A stretch of 58,360 bases of DNA from Paraphysomonas bandaiensis (Eukaryota > Protista > Chrysophyceae). Shown piece by piece: positions 22,860-35,778 of this stretch (its first letter is position 1; each line of letters begins with the position of its first letter). Made by a program: the position numbers and the translations under genes. The notes beneath the pieces are model-generated. The model did no database searches. It saw only the letters and a list, made by a program, of their open reading frames with translations, and was not told the origin of the DNA. The stretch spans positions 1 through 58,360 of the forward strand of contig CBFFRP010000248.1 of NCBI GenBank assembly GCA_965644295.1. Direction: 5' to 3'.

Positions 22860-24793
22860 GGTAGTTGAAAGTTTAATGGTAATGATGAGAGATGACTATA
22901 GTTTACTTGGGGCCACCTTATACGGAGCTCTTCGAAAAAAGAGCAACAAGTCTTTTCTCTCGGCACCGTCCGAAAATACGGAAATCACCTTATACGTACT
23001 GGAAGGAATGAAATCGATCCAACCCAACGCATTATCCACCGAGTTCATTGGTGTATATTCGACAATGAATACCACTGGTGGCAGAAAGCCTGCAATTTAT
23101 GCTTTATGGGGATAGGCTCTCAAGCTTACTAGTAAAGATAGTTTGAATTACTTATCGTGAGACAACGTTTTAATAAATCAGCCTAAAGTAAATCTTCGAC
23201 ATCAGCATCATCACTCAGTTCCATACAAATGTCAGCAGCAATCATTTTCAATGCTATATCCCTTAGTTTCGCATTATTTCCTCTCTTGTTATTTTCACGA
23301 CTGAATAACGTTATATGGCGTAAACGTAAGGATCTCCAAACTGAGCAGAAATGTAGCCATTCTGCTCAAAGGAATCTCATGGTCCTGCTGCCCAAATGCG
23401 TGATAGTTGCTGAAGATTTTACTCAAATGCGTGCGCATCTCTTTGAAAGTTCGCTCTATTCAGACCGCATCTCGTATATAGCTCTCTCCGAGCTGTTGAG
23501 TTCAATGTAGTATACTCTAGCGGCGATTTGTTCATGACCCTCAACTGCAATATATAAGGATCAACTTGTACTCCAGCTTCATACTTGTTTGTAGCTCATT
23601 AACGTAAATAGCAATCAAACGGTTAGCTGAACCCATTTTTATACTGAAAATAATATATTAATTTGCAATATTAGTCAATAATATATTATATCAATACAAA
23701 TACAGAGAACTATTTACTAGCTAGTTTTAACAAGAGGATTGCACCGTACGTCAAAAAAGTGGAAAATTTATTTTCGCACGTTTGCATATATTTTGTTTAG
23801 TTTTGACTGCCTTGTTGATGTATAAGCTTTAGGGATCGTTATACATTTGAGCCAACACGGCAAGGGGGTTTGTGCGGTTCGGATCATCCAATTCGCAACG
23901 ATCCAATAATGGAGTTATATACGCTGTCCAATACGCTTGTGCTTCAGGATCAACAATCAAATGGAGAAGCCTGTAGATATACAGCGACACCACAATAGAC
24001 AATGGAATGGGTACTATCTTACCTACAACGATCATGTTTTGTGGTGTTTGACGACCAATAAGGACCTTCTTGAGATTTCGCTTGTTCAGTTGTGTTGCGA
24101 CACGGCTAATCACAAGATTTTTAATTCTTGGACTTAGGGAATGAAATAAAGCTTGTTCCTTGTTCTTTTGGGGATCAGAAAGCTTGTTCCATTTCACATA
24201 TTTCTAGTAAAAAGTTTTTCCATTCGGACAATGTTCAGGTTCTATAGCTGATCAAGGACGTACTGAGGGTCGCACACTGGCCATTTCAACGACTCCGCAT
24301 TTACAGTTGAGTTTACAGAGAGTCAACATCAATGACACTTTGATTTACGTCCTCGTTGCTATCGCTCGCAGACGTTGTTGTATTGCTTTATATGTATTAT
24401 ACCTTTATTAAAACAGAGATTAAAAGGAAAAGGGAAAGGTTGCATGACATCCTCTCCCTTTCAGACGTCATGAGACCATCCCTTTTTTCGTATAAGGTGG
24501 CTTTTATTGATAAATGTGCGAGTTCAACATTCACTAATCAATTATTCAAAAAGTTGATACCTCGTTTAACGTTTAATGTTATGACTACCTCAGTCGCAGC
24601 TACGATCAGGAGAAGGGCCTGTCTCAGGAGAGCAGCCAAGAAGTTCAAAAGAATGCAGCGGAACGAAACGATGTATGTTTTTATTCAAAATATGGCAAGA
24701 AAGACCTGCACATCACGATGCCCGGAGCAAAGTATTTGGAAACGTTTATCTTCCTATTCATTCCACAACATAAGAATAAAAGTAGCAGTGTGA
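22860..24793. pseudogene. Decayed ORF remnants of unknown identity, possibly a transposon relic with divergent ORFs
   Basis: Protein-like fragments interrupted by stops (e.g. 23829-24197 minus AYWTAYITPLLDRCELDDPNRTNPLAVLAQMYND; 24356-24793 plus) in an AT-rich gene-free gap. No termini found. Confidence 0.25.
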
Positions 24794-25325
24794 CAGTGTA
24801 TTAGCAATTACTGATGAGAAGAGTTGGATCCTGTGTCAAAGCGTCATTACTTACAACTAAGAAGTTCTTCTATCATGGGTTGGAACACGTATGTTCATCT
24901 AAGTTTGTCCTGTAGAATACGTTAAATAAAATGTTAGAGAAACTGAAGATACGGGAATTGATCAGTGGTTGACACATAATTATGTTGTTGATAACACGAC
25001 AATACACGACTTCCCATAATAATTATCTAACGACATAATTTCTTTAACGATCTCAGGTATAAAATGACCAATTGCTGATATCGTATTCACAAAACTCTGT
25101 AGGCTGTAGTTCTCTGCTGAATAATATTTAGCTTGTCATCGTAAGCGTTCTCATTTATGCTACAATTTTGTTAACATTTCTGTTGCACTATATTCAAGCA
25201 TAAAAATCAAGTATAAACCAATACCAAGAAATATTACTTTTCCACAACACTAATTAAAGAAGTCATTACATTTACTAGATCACGTTAATGCGGCACCCCA
25301 AACATACGAATGTTGGATTGGTCGT

Positions 25326-28300
25326 TCAATTAGTTTTAGCGACTAATTTTCTTTTCTTTGGAGGAGGCATGACCGTTACACCATAATCCAAATCCACGCT
25401 AACATCCTGTAAAGACAATGTCAGAAACACAAATCATTCTAATTGAACAGTCGAGGCACTGTGTACGAATGTATGCCATAGAGATAGCATTGCAGCAGCA
25501 AAGTACCGAAACGGCACATGTTAACAAAACAACAGCTGTAAAGCGCAACACACACAACATGACACCGCGAAAACAGTCGAGCCAAAACGGCGACGACCTC
25601 CTTCCTATCAATTTTCCAGAATCGTAACGAGACAATTGAAACTGAAGCCCAAAGGCATTCAAAAGCTCTGACTAAATTCTGGACACACTGACACTAAATG
25701 TGGCTGATAACTTACCATGGGAGCATCAACATCAAGGTAGGAGTGCAGCCTTCTGGAGTTATTGTCCTCTGGCTTAGGAGGCTGATATTCCACACTGGGT
25801 CGAGGTACTTGTCCTCTTCCACCATCGCCAAAACTATGTCTCTGCGGTGGACGCCGCTCAATACCCCTTCCTCCACTCGAACCCTCTTCGCTCACATCAC
25901 TATATCTCCTCTCCCGTGGAAAATCTCCACTGAACCGGCGCCTATCCCTCTCTCTGTCATCAAAGCCGTAGTCAAATCCACGACCTCTGCCTCTTCCCCG
26001 GCCCCCAGATCTCCTACCACCACCCATTTGGTGGTACTGCGGAGGAGGGGGGACTTGGCCACCAGGCAGTGGCATGTGGGGCGCTCCCATGGAAATAGCA
26101 CCACCACCCGGCACTGACGGAAGAACATGGACGATATGTTGTACAGGCCCTCCCGCACCTACCAAACGGCTCTGTGCGTCCTCATACACGTCCTTCACAC
26201 TATGCAACTCCAATCCGGCGCTCGTTTCGACATCAATGGGAGGTAATGGACGATTCACAAGATCCTCCGCGTTAAAACGGGCACTCATATACTGCTCGGC
26301 CACACGGACCAAGCGCTCAAGAGCCACGTCCGGATGCTTATTCTTAATATGTTTAGAGAGGAATTCCTTAGACTTGAATAGTTTGTTGCACCAGACTAAG
26401 CCACACCGAGCCTTACCGTCTGGTTGCATATTGCAATTTTCATTTGTGACTTGTTCCATAACCTTTTCCTGAGCTCGAGAAATCGCAAGTGCATCTTCCT
26501 CGTCAACAGTTCTCGGTAACTGCTCTACACCATCCGTCTCTATAGATTGCTGCTTTCGAGCAACGCGACGGCGCAGATCTACAATGAAATCTGCAACCCG
26601 ATTATCAAGATTTATGGAAGCGGGATTACTTCGGCCACGGAATGGCCTCGTGACATCTACCTTCACAACTCTGATAGCCACTGGAGGAGTGGCTCCGGGT
26701 ACCTCTTCAACGCCGACAGCTTCATCAGTGCTATTGGCGACTGACTCATCTGCAGCAGTAGCAACATCGACATCTGTCCCAGCAGCAACATCGACATCTG
26801 TCCCAGCAGCGGTAACACTTTCACCAGTACCCGTGGGCTCAGAGTCTGTATTGTCCCCAGCAGGGGGATCACTATCTTGTGGCCTCGACTCAACCCCCGT
26901 CTCCTCAGTACCTTCTTCACCGAGAGAAACTTCCGAAGCTTGAGTATCTTCCTCTGCACTACCAGCTCTAGACCTCTTTTGTCCTTTCGTTTGACTCGGA
27001 TTAGAAGGCGCAGCAATTGTGGGGGCGCTACGCATGACAACACCAGACGACATTGCAAGGAGATGTGCCTCATCTCTGAAGCGCTTCCCACTATAATACA
27101 CAAAGAAATGCACCCGGCGCAGATACGCGACAGCAATGTCTAACTTATCCGAACATTGTAACTTGAGAGGTCCATCAGTCCCTTGTTCTTTTTCCATCTT
27201 AAGAAGGACGCCTAAGGTAGTAGCAAGATTGCTCTCTGTCGGAACACCTCTTTCTTCGTCCAGCAAACTTGCTAGTTCAATGGCACGTACCGTGTCAAAC
27301 CCCACTCGCCTGGTGGCGCTGAAGAGGTCAGGTAGAGGCGCAAGCTCTTTTACAGTATGAATCGTACACTGCAGTTTGAATGATATACCGGCAGCCGGTT
27401 CTCCAGTCGTAGAATCCGATGGAACAGGCCCAGGAATAGGGATACGCAAGTCACGAAGGCATCGAAGAGCCCCTGGAAGGTGGCAATCCTCGGATAGCGT
27501 CACCCAGGCTGTACGATCAAAACATTGCCTACCCAAACGGGAATTCCAGGTTGGCTGTGCCAACGAAAGTCGCTCAAGGGAGCCCACAGGAGAGTTATTA
27601 GATGCCGCATGGGCCAAAGCAGCTTTAACAGCTTGAGCCAGAATAGCCCGTGAACAGGTTGCGGGAATGCCTGTCAAGTAAAGAGTACGTTCACGATGGC
27701 CATCGAAGTGGTGACCAGAAGCGGGACTAGCTGCAGCAGTACCTGTATCGCAACTAATGTGAGAGATTTGTGTTGATCGATAAGTTTAGCTTACCTGCAG
27801 AATGTACACCAGGACTAGGAGTATTTGAAGGGCCAGGAGCAGAGGAAACTACAGTATCTCTGTCCTCTTTATTATAGTCCTTAGTTTGATCCATTTGGGC
27901 TTCGGCACTATCTGAGTGGACCGAGTTTACTTCTTTGCCTTCGACAGAGGCTTCTGGTGGAGGGGGAGGGGCCTCTTCTGTGTCAGCCACACGCACAGCA
28001 CCCCTGCGATCCGGCATATACAGTCGGAAACTTTCCACTGCCGCCACAGGATTGTCAACTATCATTTGATGAATGCGCTGGCTCTCTTTTGCTGCCCATG
28101 CCCTGGCTTCCGCTTCCATATTCTGCTGTACCAAAGGGTCATAACGCTCCCTAAACCACTCCTCGCACTTGTTCTTCTCGAAGAAATAGTTCGACATATC
28201 TTTTGTGTATTGAATTCTGTATTCATTATAACGACGTTGAAACTCTTCTGGGGGCGCATCGTCGTCGGGTTGAGTTAGAATAAAATTTTTGTATGACTTC

Positions 28301-28860
28301 ATGGGATCTAGACGAGGACGATTAAATCTAGGAGGAGATGCACTCCTCGCAGATCGAAAAGATCCATGACCGCCGTGTCCATCATACCTGGCTAGAAACA
28401 AACGCATCAGCTCAAGATACAAATGGCTCACACACATACGTGGAGGTCTGCCCCTACTATTGTTGTAGTCTATGTCTCTGTGGTGTCTACGGCCATGGTC
28501 ATAGGATCTCGCCCGGTCTCCATCACCATGGTGCGCATGTCCGTAGCCTCTACCAGACCACTCCCTGCCTCTGCCCCTCCCACCTGCTCCTCCTCCTGCC
28601 CAGTCTCTTGATCGAGGAGGGGGTCTGCGGCGGTACTCTCCTCCACGCTCACTGTCTCTATGGCTATCTCTGACATGGCTGTGGCTGGTATCGTCAGCGT
28701 GGCTGTCTCTGTGGCTGTCAGCAGCAGAGTGATCATCGTCCTCTCGGCGCCGCTTCTGAACCACTCTCCCGAAGCTGTCAACCTCAGGATCTGGCTATAA
28801 CCAACATACACCCAACAATTAAACTTGATATCAAAGTTTGATATTGTGCTATATTACCAT
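25326..28860 (-). CDS. SRRT: SERRATE/ARS2 RNA effector (multi-exon; ATG-only first coding exon)
   Basis: MKSYKNFILTQ...RYNEYR...FFEKNKCEEWFRERYDP; LDIAVAYLRRVHFFVYYSG; C2H2 CGLVWCNKLFKSKEFLSKHIKNKH; C-terminal SYLDVDAP. Model: ATG 28858-60, intron 28795-28857, then PDPEVDSFGR. Last exon DVSVDLDYGVTVMPPPKKRKL* follows intron 25407-25715. Confidence 0.93.
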
Positions 28861-29030
28861 TTTCGCGGATCAATAAGATATGAGCCCCGCCATACACTGA
28901 CCCTCTATGCGACACACTTCTGGTCAACAACACTCTCTGCAGATACACCAACAGCCGCATATAACATAACACATCACACTTTCAATGACAGTATCTTGAA
29001 TAGACACTACCTTCAGTTCTGTCCGAGTAA

Positions 29031-29256
29031 TACATACATGCATACATACATACATACATACATACATACATACATACATACATACATACATACATACATA
29101 CATACATACATACATACATACATACATACATACATACATACATACATACATACATACATACATACATACATACATACATACATACATACATACATACATA
29201 CATACATACATACATACATACATACATACATACATACATACATACATACATACATA
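29031..29256. repeat. (TACA)n microsatellite (~56 units)
   Basis: Directly visible; lies between the divergent SRRT and UBL-TM genes. Confidence 0.99.
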
Positions 29257-29362
29257 AGTACAATATGCGAAAGTGGTGAGCTGAATAGCAGTATTCTACG
29301 TTTCACAGCAGGTGCGGTCATTTAGGCAGATTGATTGAACACCTCTTCAACTTTTGTACAAT

Positions 29363-29797
29363 ATGGATGATACTGTGAACATTCGTGTAAAACTGAGTGA
29401 AACAGACCAGCGGATGAAGGTCCAGCGGGATGAAACTGTTTTGTCTTTCAAGCAACGAGAGTTTCCGAGCCAAAGTGTTAGATTAATATACAAGGGTAGA
29501 GAAATAAGTGATTCGGAAACTTTCAGAGGAGCTAATATTGCGGAGAATGATATATGTCACGCCATTGTTCGTTCTCCATCTCAATGCCTGCAGCGAACTC
29601 TACCTGTTGAAGGTGGCCATGCACCCCCTCTTAGCGGCTGGGATATACTTTTGCTTGTTCTTTTCATGTCATGTGTTCTTGCATGGATGGTGGCGTATTC
29701 AGTCCCGGAGATAATGTCATCGTCCTCTATGACATTGATTATTTCCATATCTACTGTACTGTCGGCCGTATGTGTTATTAGGGTTGCCAAATCATGA
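29363..29797 (+). CDS. Ubiquitin-like domain protein with two C-terminal TM helices (TMUB/Dsc3-like)
   Basis: Ubl fold VNIRVKL...ETVLSFKQREF...VRLIYKGREISDSETF...NIAENDICHAIV, followed by two hydrophobic segments. Confidence 0.8.
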   Translation: MDDTVNIRVKLSETDQRMKVQRDETVLSFKQREFPSQSVRLIYKGREISDSETFRGANIAENDICHAIVRSPSQCLQRTLPVEGGHAPPLSGWDILLLVLFMSCVLAWMVAYSVPEIMSSSSMTLIISISTVLSAVCVIRVAKS

Positions 29798-29970
29798 ATT
29801 AAATACTGTTCCATATTGAAAGTTGATTTTCTATGTACAAATAAATAACCCGTTATACAATTTAAATTTCATTACTGTGTGCGTTTGTTGATTTTGATTG
29901 CACAAATCATTATCTTTGGGAATTGTACCTTATCGGTTTACGGTTTACTATGTGCTATGTGCCCTATGGG

Positions 29971-30592
29971 CAGGGCTCCGTAACAAGTAATTGCCAATTA
30001 TTGGCATTACAATAATTGAAATTGGGACAGCTTGATAATTACAATCATAATTGCTTGTCAGTTACTCTATTTAATTGGAATACTCTTAATACAATAAAAA
30101 TTCAGTGCGTATATTAGTTACTTAGTTGCTGGTTACATCACGTCATCATAAGCGGTACGAACTACATATAGCTAGTTAAAGATTTAATCTTACTGAATAG
30201 TCATTAACATGTAGTCTAATGTCTAATGTCTAATGTGTACATTCTGAAACTGGGGGACGGAGTATACATTTCGATGGCTGCTGAAAAGAAGCTTCGTTGT
30301 CGACGTCTACCAGAAAGTCAGACACCTGGAGGAGCAGATCTAAAACAATTCGTGATAGTGCATCGCCATTTCTCAACATCGGCATTGTTTTAATGTAAAT
30401 ATAGTTATGACACATTGCAATTTTTGATATGTTGGTAGGTAATGTATAGCTACATACTATATACTATATACTTACGTAGTTTAGTATCAATTAATTGCAA
30501 TACAACTAATATGGACGGCAAGTAATAGTTGCAATATCAAAATTACTACAACAAGCTCCAATGAATTGACAATTACTTGCTATGCATCCTTA
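29971..30592. mobile_element. hAT-like MITE (family B, aged)
   Basis: Left end CAGGGCTCCGTAACAAGTAATTGCCAATTATTGG matches the right-end reverse complement TAAGGATGCATAGCAAGTAATTGTCAATTCATTGG. 8-bp TSD CCTATGGG / GCTATGGG (7/8). Confidence 0.7.
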
Positions 30593-30838
30593 GCTATGGG
30601 TGCAATGTTTGCTCTTCCTTTCAATGTTCGAAGTACACATAAACAGTGAAACATATATTGTGCAGTTTCTCTCTGCTATTCCTCGTTATATGTTATATAT
30701 ACAACATTTTTTCCCACTACTGCTAACTAGCTTTTCATCAGAAGATAGATCTAAAAACATCCTGTTTACTCCTATTTAAAGTATTACCAACATCCAATAC
30801 ACAGTTTTCTAAATGTTTATAGTATCACACAAATTTTG

Positions 30839-32506
30839 TCAAAGTGTTGCATTGTAATGTTGCTGACTGGCAGACATTATAAGTGAACTTCCTTCGGATA
30901 AAGGTATCGAAGAATACATCCCGTTATCTCGTTCATTTTCAGTTACGGCCTGGTAATGAGCTCCCACACAATGGGCACAAGTGTAAAATACTAGAGTTAG
31001 AAGCACCATACAAGCCACAGATAGAGGGAATGCTCTGGGGCCGGTGACAGCAAGGAGGGTGCCGATACAGTACGGAAGTAAGCATTCTCCTGCAGTACCA
31101 GCGAGAAGCAGTATGCTGGTTGTGAACGAGTTCCTGTCCGAAATATCACACCACGTATCAAAGCAATAGTACGACTACACATATACGATACACTTCGTAC
31201 CAGTTGCACACAGTGAACTTACATAGTAAAGCCATAGTCATTCGATAGTACCATCACAAGGCAGAAGGTGCTACTTATCCCATACCCCACCAGAGAAGTG
31301 GCTACTGCCAAAGAAAATAAAGTAAAATCTGGCAATAACAAGAGTGTAGCAGCTCCGGAAACCATGCATAATATCTGCCCACGCAACATTACTGTCGTAG
31401 GTAGGAATACTGACAGCAGCACGGATGTCAGGGTACCGACAAAAAGAGACATGTAGTACACAGAGGCAGCTGCGGCGGCTTCGGAGGAGGAAGTAGATAT
31501 GCCACTGGCAAGAACGTATGTGGGTATCCATCCTCCGTACGCATAGTAAAGTCCATACAGGAGGCAGTACAGGAGTACAAGCGGGGAAATGAACCACGAA
31601 GGAGGGGATAACACCCTTAACTCCTTTGCCACTTCGAGAACAGGAGGAGTAGCGAATGAAAGGCTTTTTCTCACTTCAGGGGGACGTACAAGAACATCGA
31701 GTGAGCCCTCGGAGAGACGCGTCGCAATTTGCTCGACAGCCTTTAGTTCTTCGGAGAAATAATCCTGGGTTTCACCGACACTTAAACCGGACGACGTGCG
31801 CATTACGGCAGGAATCCCGGTATTCATGTCCCTGCGGTACTGCACAAAGATAAAAGCATGCTCAGCCAGTAAGCCGAGTAAACATGAACAGCATAACACG
31901 CTTGCTAGGGTAAAAGCTGGCTTGTATCCATAGGAACTCACAAGAATGGGACCCAGGATTCCTCCTACAGAAACGCAGGCGGACTTGATCTGTAGGTATG
32001 GCTGCTCAAATACATCAGCCAATATTCAGTTTCTAATCTACAAAATAAACCTGTACTCTGAGCTCCCACATTTCAGATAAACCAACAATAGCAAACGAAT
32101 CAAGTCCTGCAAACCCGATTCCCATGGAGTAGGCACATAGATTTACTTCTATCAGAGATGAGGAAACTGCCATAACCAACGCTGCTGGAGCTGAAAAGAT
32201 GATTACAAACAATGCAACCACAACATGTCGCGGTATCTTTATATCGAACCTCTCCATTAAAACAGACGACACCACCACTCCGGTGAAGTAGCCGAGACCT
32301 TTCGACACAAACAGCTGTCCAAGTTCTTCTACTGGCACAACAATACTGCGAGACATTTCAGGAATAGCAGCCCCAACTATAGCAAGGCAGGCTCCGTATC
32401 CTAGACTACACCCATACACGGAGAAGCTGGCGAATAGACGGGGAATATCGGTATAACTGAACGAGCACCCAGCAGCCTGCGGAGTTCTCTGCGTTCTCTG
32501 CGACAT
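30839..32506 (-). CDS. Major facilitator superfamily transporter (MFSD4/FucP-like), 3 exons
   Basis: Multiple TM segments; VGAAIPEMS...ELGQLFVSKGLGYFTG; GGILGPIL; YAYGGWIPTY. The last exon translates ...AGTAGECLLPYCIG...NATL*. Confidence 0.85.
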
Positions 32507-32929
32507 AGATGTCAGGTTCGACGATATCTGCCGAAAGAGTGTGGACAGTAACTGTAGATGAGGTTATGCAGAATAGCCGAACATGCGATGCGATGCGACG
32601 CGCTGCTGATACCAGAGCTTGCTATGGAATTACAGGACTGAGAAGAGAAGTGAAGTGGACTACCCAATCATTGACTTTTCCTACATATGTACACATATAC
32701 AGCAGTACATGTACATGTGTACATGCTACATGCAGTATGGACACCACTACAGAACCGCCGTATACAAAACTGTACTCGTCTAAACGCAGTATACAGCAGT
32801 ACATGGCAGTGAATACAGAGCACTGCTGTACAGCGTGGTACAGCAGGGCGGATACCATACGGATATATATGCATATACACGTATATATATGGCTAGCTCT
32901 TAGTTCGGAACTGAAGTGGAACACCATCA

Positions 32930-35668
32930 ATGGAGTACGCGGCGTGTATCGGGCACTCAGTGTCAGTGAAGGGGTATCAGCAGGGCAATGTACTGCACCT
33001 GACTCGCAGTGTTCGCGATGTGGACCGCGACTCGAGCAGATCCTTTCACTGTCCTCTGCTAATAGACACTCCTTCCGCTCAGCTCAGACCAGTGGGGTCA
33101 CCTATTGAGGTATCGAAGAGCGATATAGACGCATGCTCTGTGTCGTCACTGGTGCAGGTGAGAGCTGCGACTGTGGACGGGTCCTCTGCTATAGAGGTGT
33201 ATCGCGGGGGCTCATTGACCCTCAAGATAGATGCCACCGAGATACATGAGAAGATAATCGGTGATCAATGGTTCGGTGGGTACAGTTTTTCTCCGGATGA
33301 CAAGTATTTTGTGTATGTCGCTGGTAATAATAATGTGCGCATATTTGTTCTTAGTTTGATTTCTTTAACGCAGTCCCCAAGAAACCAAAAGCCACAAGTT
33401 TTTTTGATGAGCTCAAAGCAGAGAGTAGTGTTGGTATGCACTTGTTATATAATGTGGTACATGGTAATACTAACTGCACTGTGCACAGGCACTAAGGTAC
33501 ATGACGCCAATAAGTTCGACGCTCAGCAGGATTGGGGAGAAAAATACCGTGGAGTAACAGCTCTGTCGCTTTTTGTGTTGGACTTGTGCACAGGGGATAT
33601 CCGTATGGTTCGCGGCATATCTCCAGTGGATACAATTGGACAACCAGCTTTTAGTCCTTGTGGCAGAGGGTTGGTATACACGGCTTGGCGATCACCATCT
33701 GGTGCTCCCCGCAAGCTCGGCATGATTTATTGTTACCAACGTCCATGCAGACTCGTATATGCTCCCGCGGAGACATGGACAGCGTGTTGCGATGCAAAAG
33801 CAGAAGAACTTGCTCGATTACATATTTCACTCACTAGTCACATGAAGCTGGCCCGCTTCCCTCGATTTTCTCCAGTTATGGGCACTGAAAGTGGCAGCCT
33901 GGTGTTCCTCTCTTCTGAGCATGGGTTTGACATTCACAATTCCTCATGTGCACTCACTGCATTTGACTGGGGGAAGTTTGTTTCTGAATATGAACAGTCA
34001 AAAGATAATTGCACTGATATGTCAGACTTGTGCTTATCTTGTTGTCGGACGGTCGTGGCTGACTGCTCTGACCCAGTTGTAATTGCGCCCATGCGGGAGA
34101 ATTGTCCAGTGTGTGTTGGCCCCTTCCCGTTCCCTGGATTGTACTGTAATAATCTACCTGCCCGTCCTTTTGTTTGCAATGAAGTATTGCTTCTAGATGC
34201 ACAGTGGAGATCTGTCGCCGTCACTTTGGCGATTGATATCTCATCAAACCACATCAGAGTGGTCTCGTATTCTGGAGATAATATTCGGCTGTCGGCCCCG
34301 TTTACTTGCCTCTCTGCTTCTACTTCGTCGTATTCTGTTCCCTCGGATCCTTATAGAGGTACTTTTTCATGGTTGGGATCATGCCCATTTTCTACTTCTG
34401 TGGTGGATTGTCACCCTTCGCATGGCGTTGCTCTCCTGGCTTCTGATCCCTCCTCCGAGCCAGTGTTACTACATTTCAGAACAGACCATGTGATATGGAA
34501 ACAGAGCATGAATGATGAACCTTTTCCAGTATCGCGCTACGGCCCTTTTCCTCCTATGGCTATAGCTGCACTGAAGCTCTCTAACAAGGAAGATGTAAGA
34601 AATGCGCATGTGCGCCCATCGTGTGCTGCTGGGAGCCGGCTATCCAGTCATATTCTTTATACCAGAGTGGAACCCGTAGGGGATGCTTCCTCTGCCTGTC
34701 CTGGACACGACGTCATTGAATCTATTCTGCTTCTTCCTCCTGTGCGTCAGGGGAAACTACCTCCTTTGGTAGTGTCCCCACATGGCGGACCGCATTCGGC
34801 TTTTACAACCGCGTATTCACCGCATTGTACGTACCCATGTCTTATTATTCCCTCAACTAAGTGGCGATACTTATTGCAGATGCTGAGTACATGTGTAGAG
34901 CGGGCGGATTTGCGGTACTTCTAGTTAACTATAGGGGTTCAACGGTGGGTCCAGATTCAAAATTAAAATCCCCATTTCACTTATTCTCACGATATAATAG
35001 GGATTCGGAAGTCATGCCCTGTTTTCTCTTCCCGGCCGAATTGGTACAGTGGACGTATCAGACGTCGTATCCGCCACGCAGTCGATAAAGAACCTTTCTC
35101 CCGCTTTGGTCAGCGGAGCAGCTTGTGGTATTGTTGGGGGTTCTCATGGGGGCTTCCTGACCACTCATATTGTGGGGCAGTACCCTGATATGTTTCAAGC
35201 TGCGGCTGCACGTAATCCAGTAACTAACTTGGCGTCCATGTTTACAACTAGTGATATTCCTGACTGGACTGTGGTGGAGGCTTCTGGAGTGGGATCTTTT
35301 AGCTTTGATAGATACCAGGTGCCGGACGAGAACAGACTAAAGGAGATGTATCTTTGTTCTCCTATCAGGTACGAAGTGAACGATATAATACCGTGAGAAT
35401 ACCTTACGATGTATGTACCAGGTATGTAGGTGCTACGATAGCCCCTGTTCTAGTATGTCTAGGGGCGAAAGACATGCGCGTCCCCTACTCTCAGGGTATG
35501 GAATACTATTATGCGCTCAAATCGCAACGGTCGGATGAAACTGAAGGAGAGGAAACCGTGAAGCTTAGAGTTTATCCAGAGGCGGACCACGCCATCGATA
35601 TACCGGCCAGTGAAGCTGACCAGTGGATCACAATCATGAATTGGTTTCGTCGTTTCTTAGCTGCATAG
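32930..35668 (+). CDS. APEH: Acylamino-acid-releasing enzyme (peptidase S9C), multi-exon
   Basis: QDWGEKY, RKLGMIYCYQRP, FPGLY, PHGGPHS, VNYRGS, catalytic GGSHGG, RNPVTN, SDIPDW, DMRVP (Asp), ADHAI (His). Confidence 0.93.
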
Positions 35669-35727
35669 TTGTTGATAAGCTTCACTTACTCCCACAACCA
35701 CGTGATATGCAAAGTGTATGCTCTGCG

Positions 35728-35778
35728 GTTGAAAGATAAACTGAACTATGAGTTGAAAGATAAACTGAACTATGAGTT
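35728..35778. repeat. Perfect 24-bp tandem duplication in APEH 3' region
   Basis: GTTGAAAGATAAACTGAACTATGA x2. Confidence 0.9.

Noticed and set aside
26755-26812. 24-bp tandem repeat (AAGTDVDV x2) inside SRRT
   Set aside because: Ordinary in-frame expansion in a disordered linker.
28825-29325. ORFs encoding (YIHT)n / (MYVC)n, also at 42301-42903
   Set aside because: Artefacts of stop-free (TACA)n microsatellites.
32509-33108. 199-aa plus-strand ORF upstream of and overlapping APEH
   Set aside because: Spans the low-complexity TACA-rich divergent promoter and has no protein motifs.
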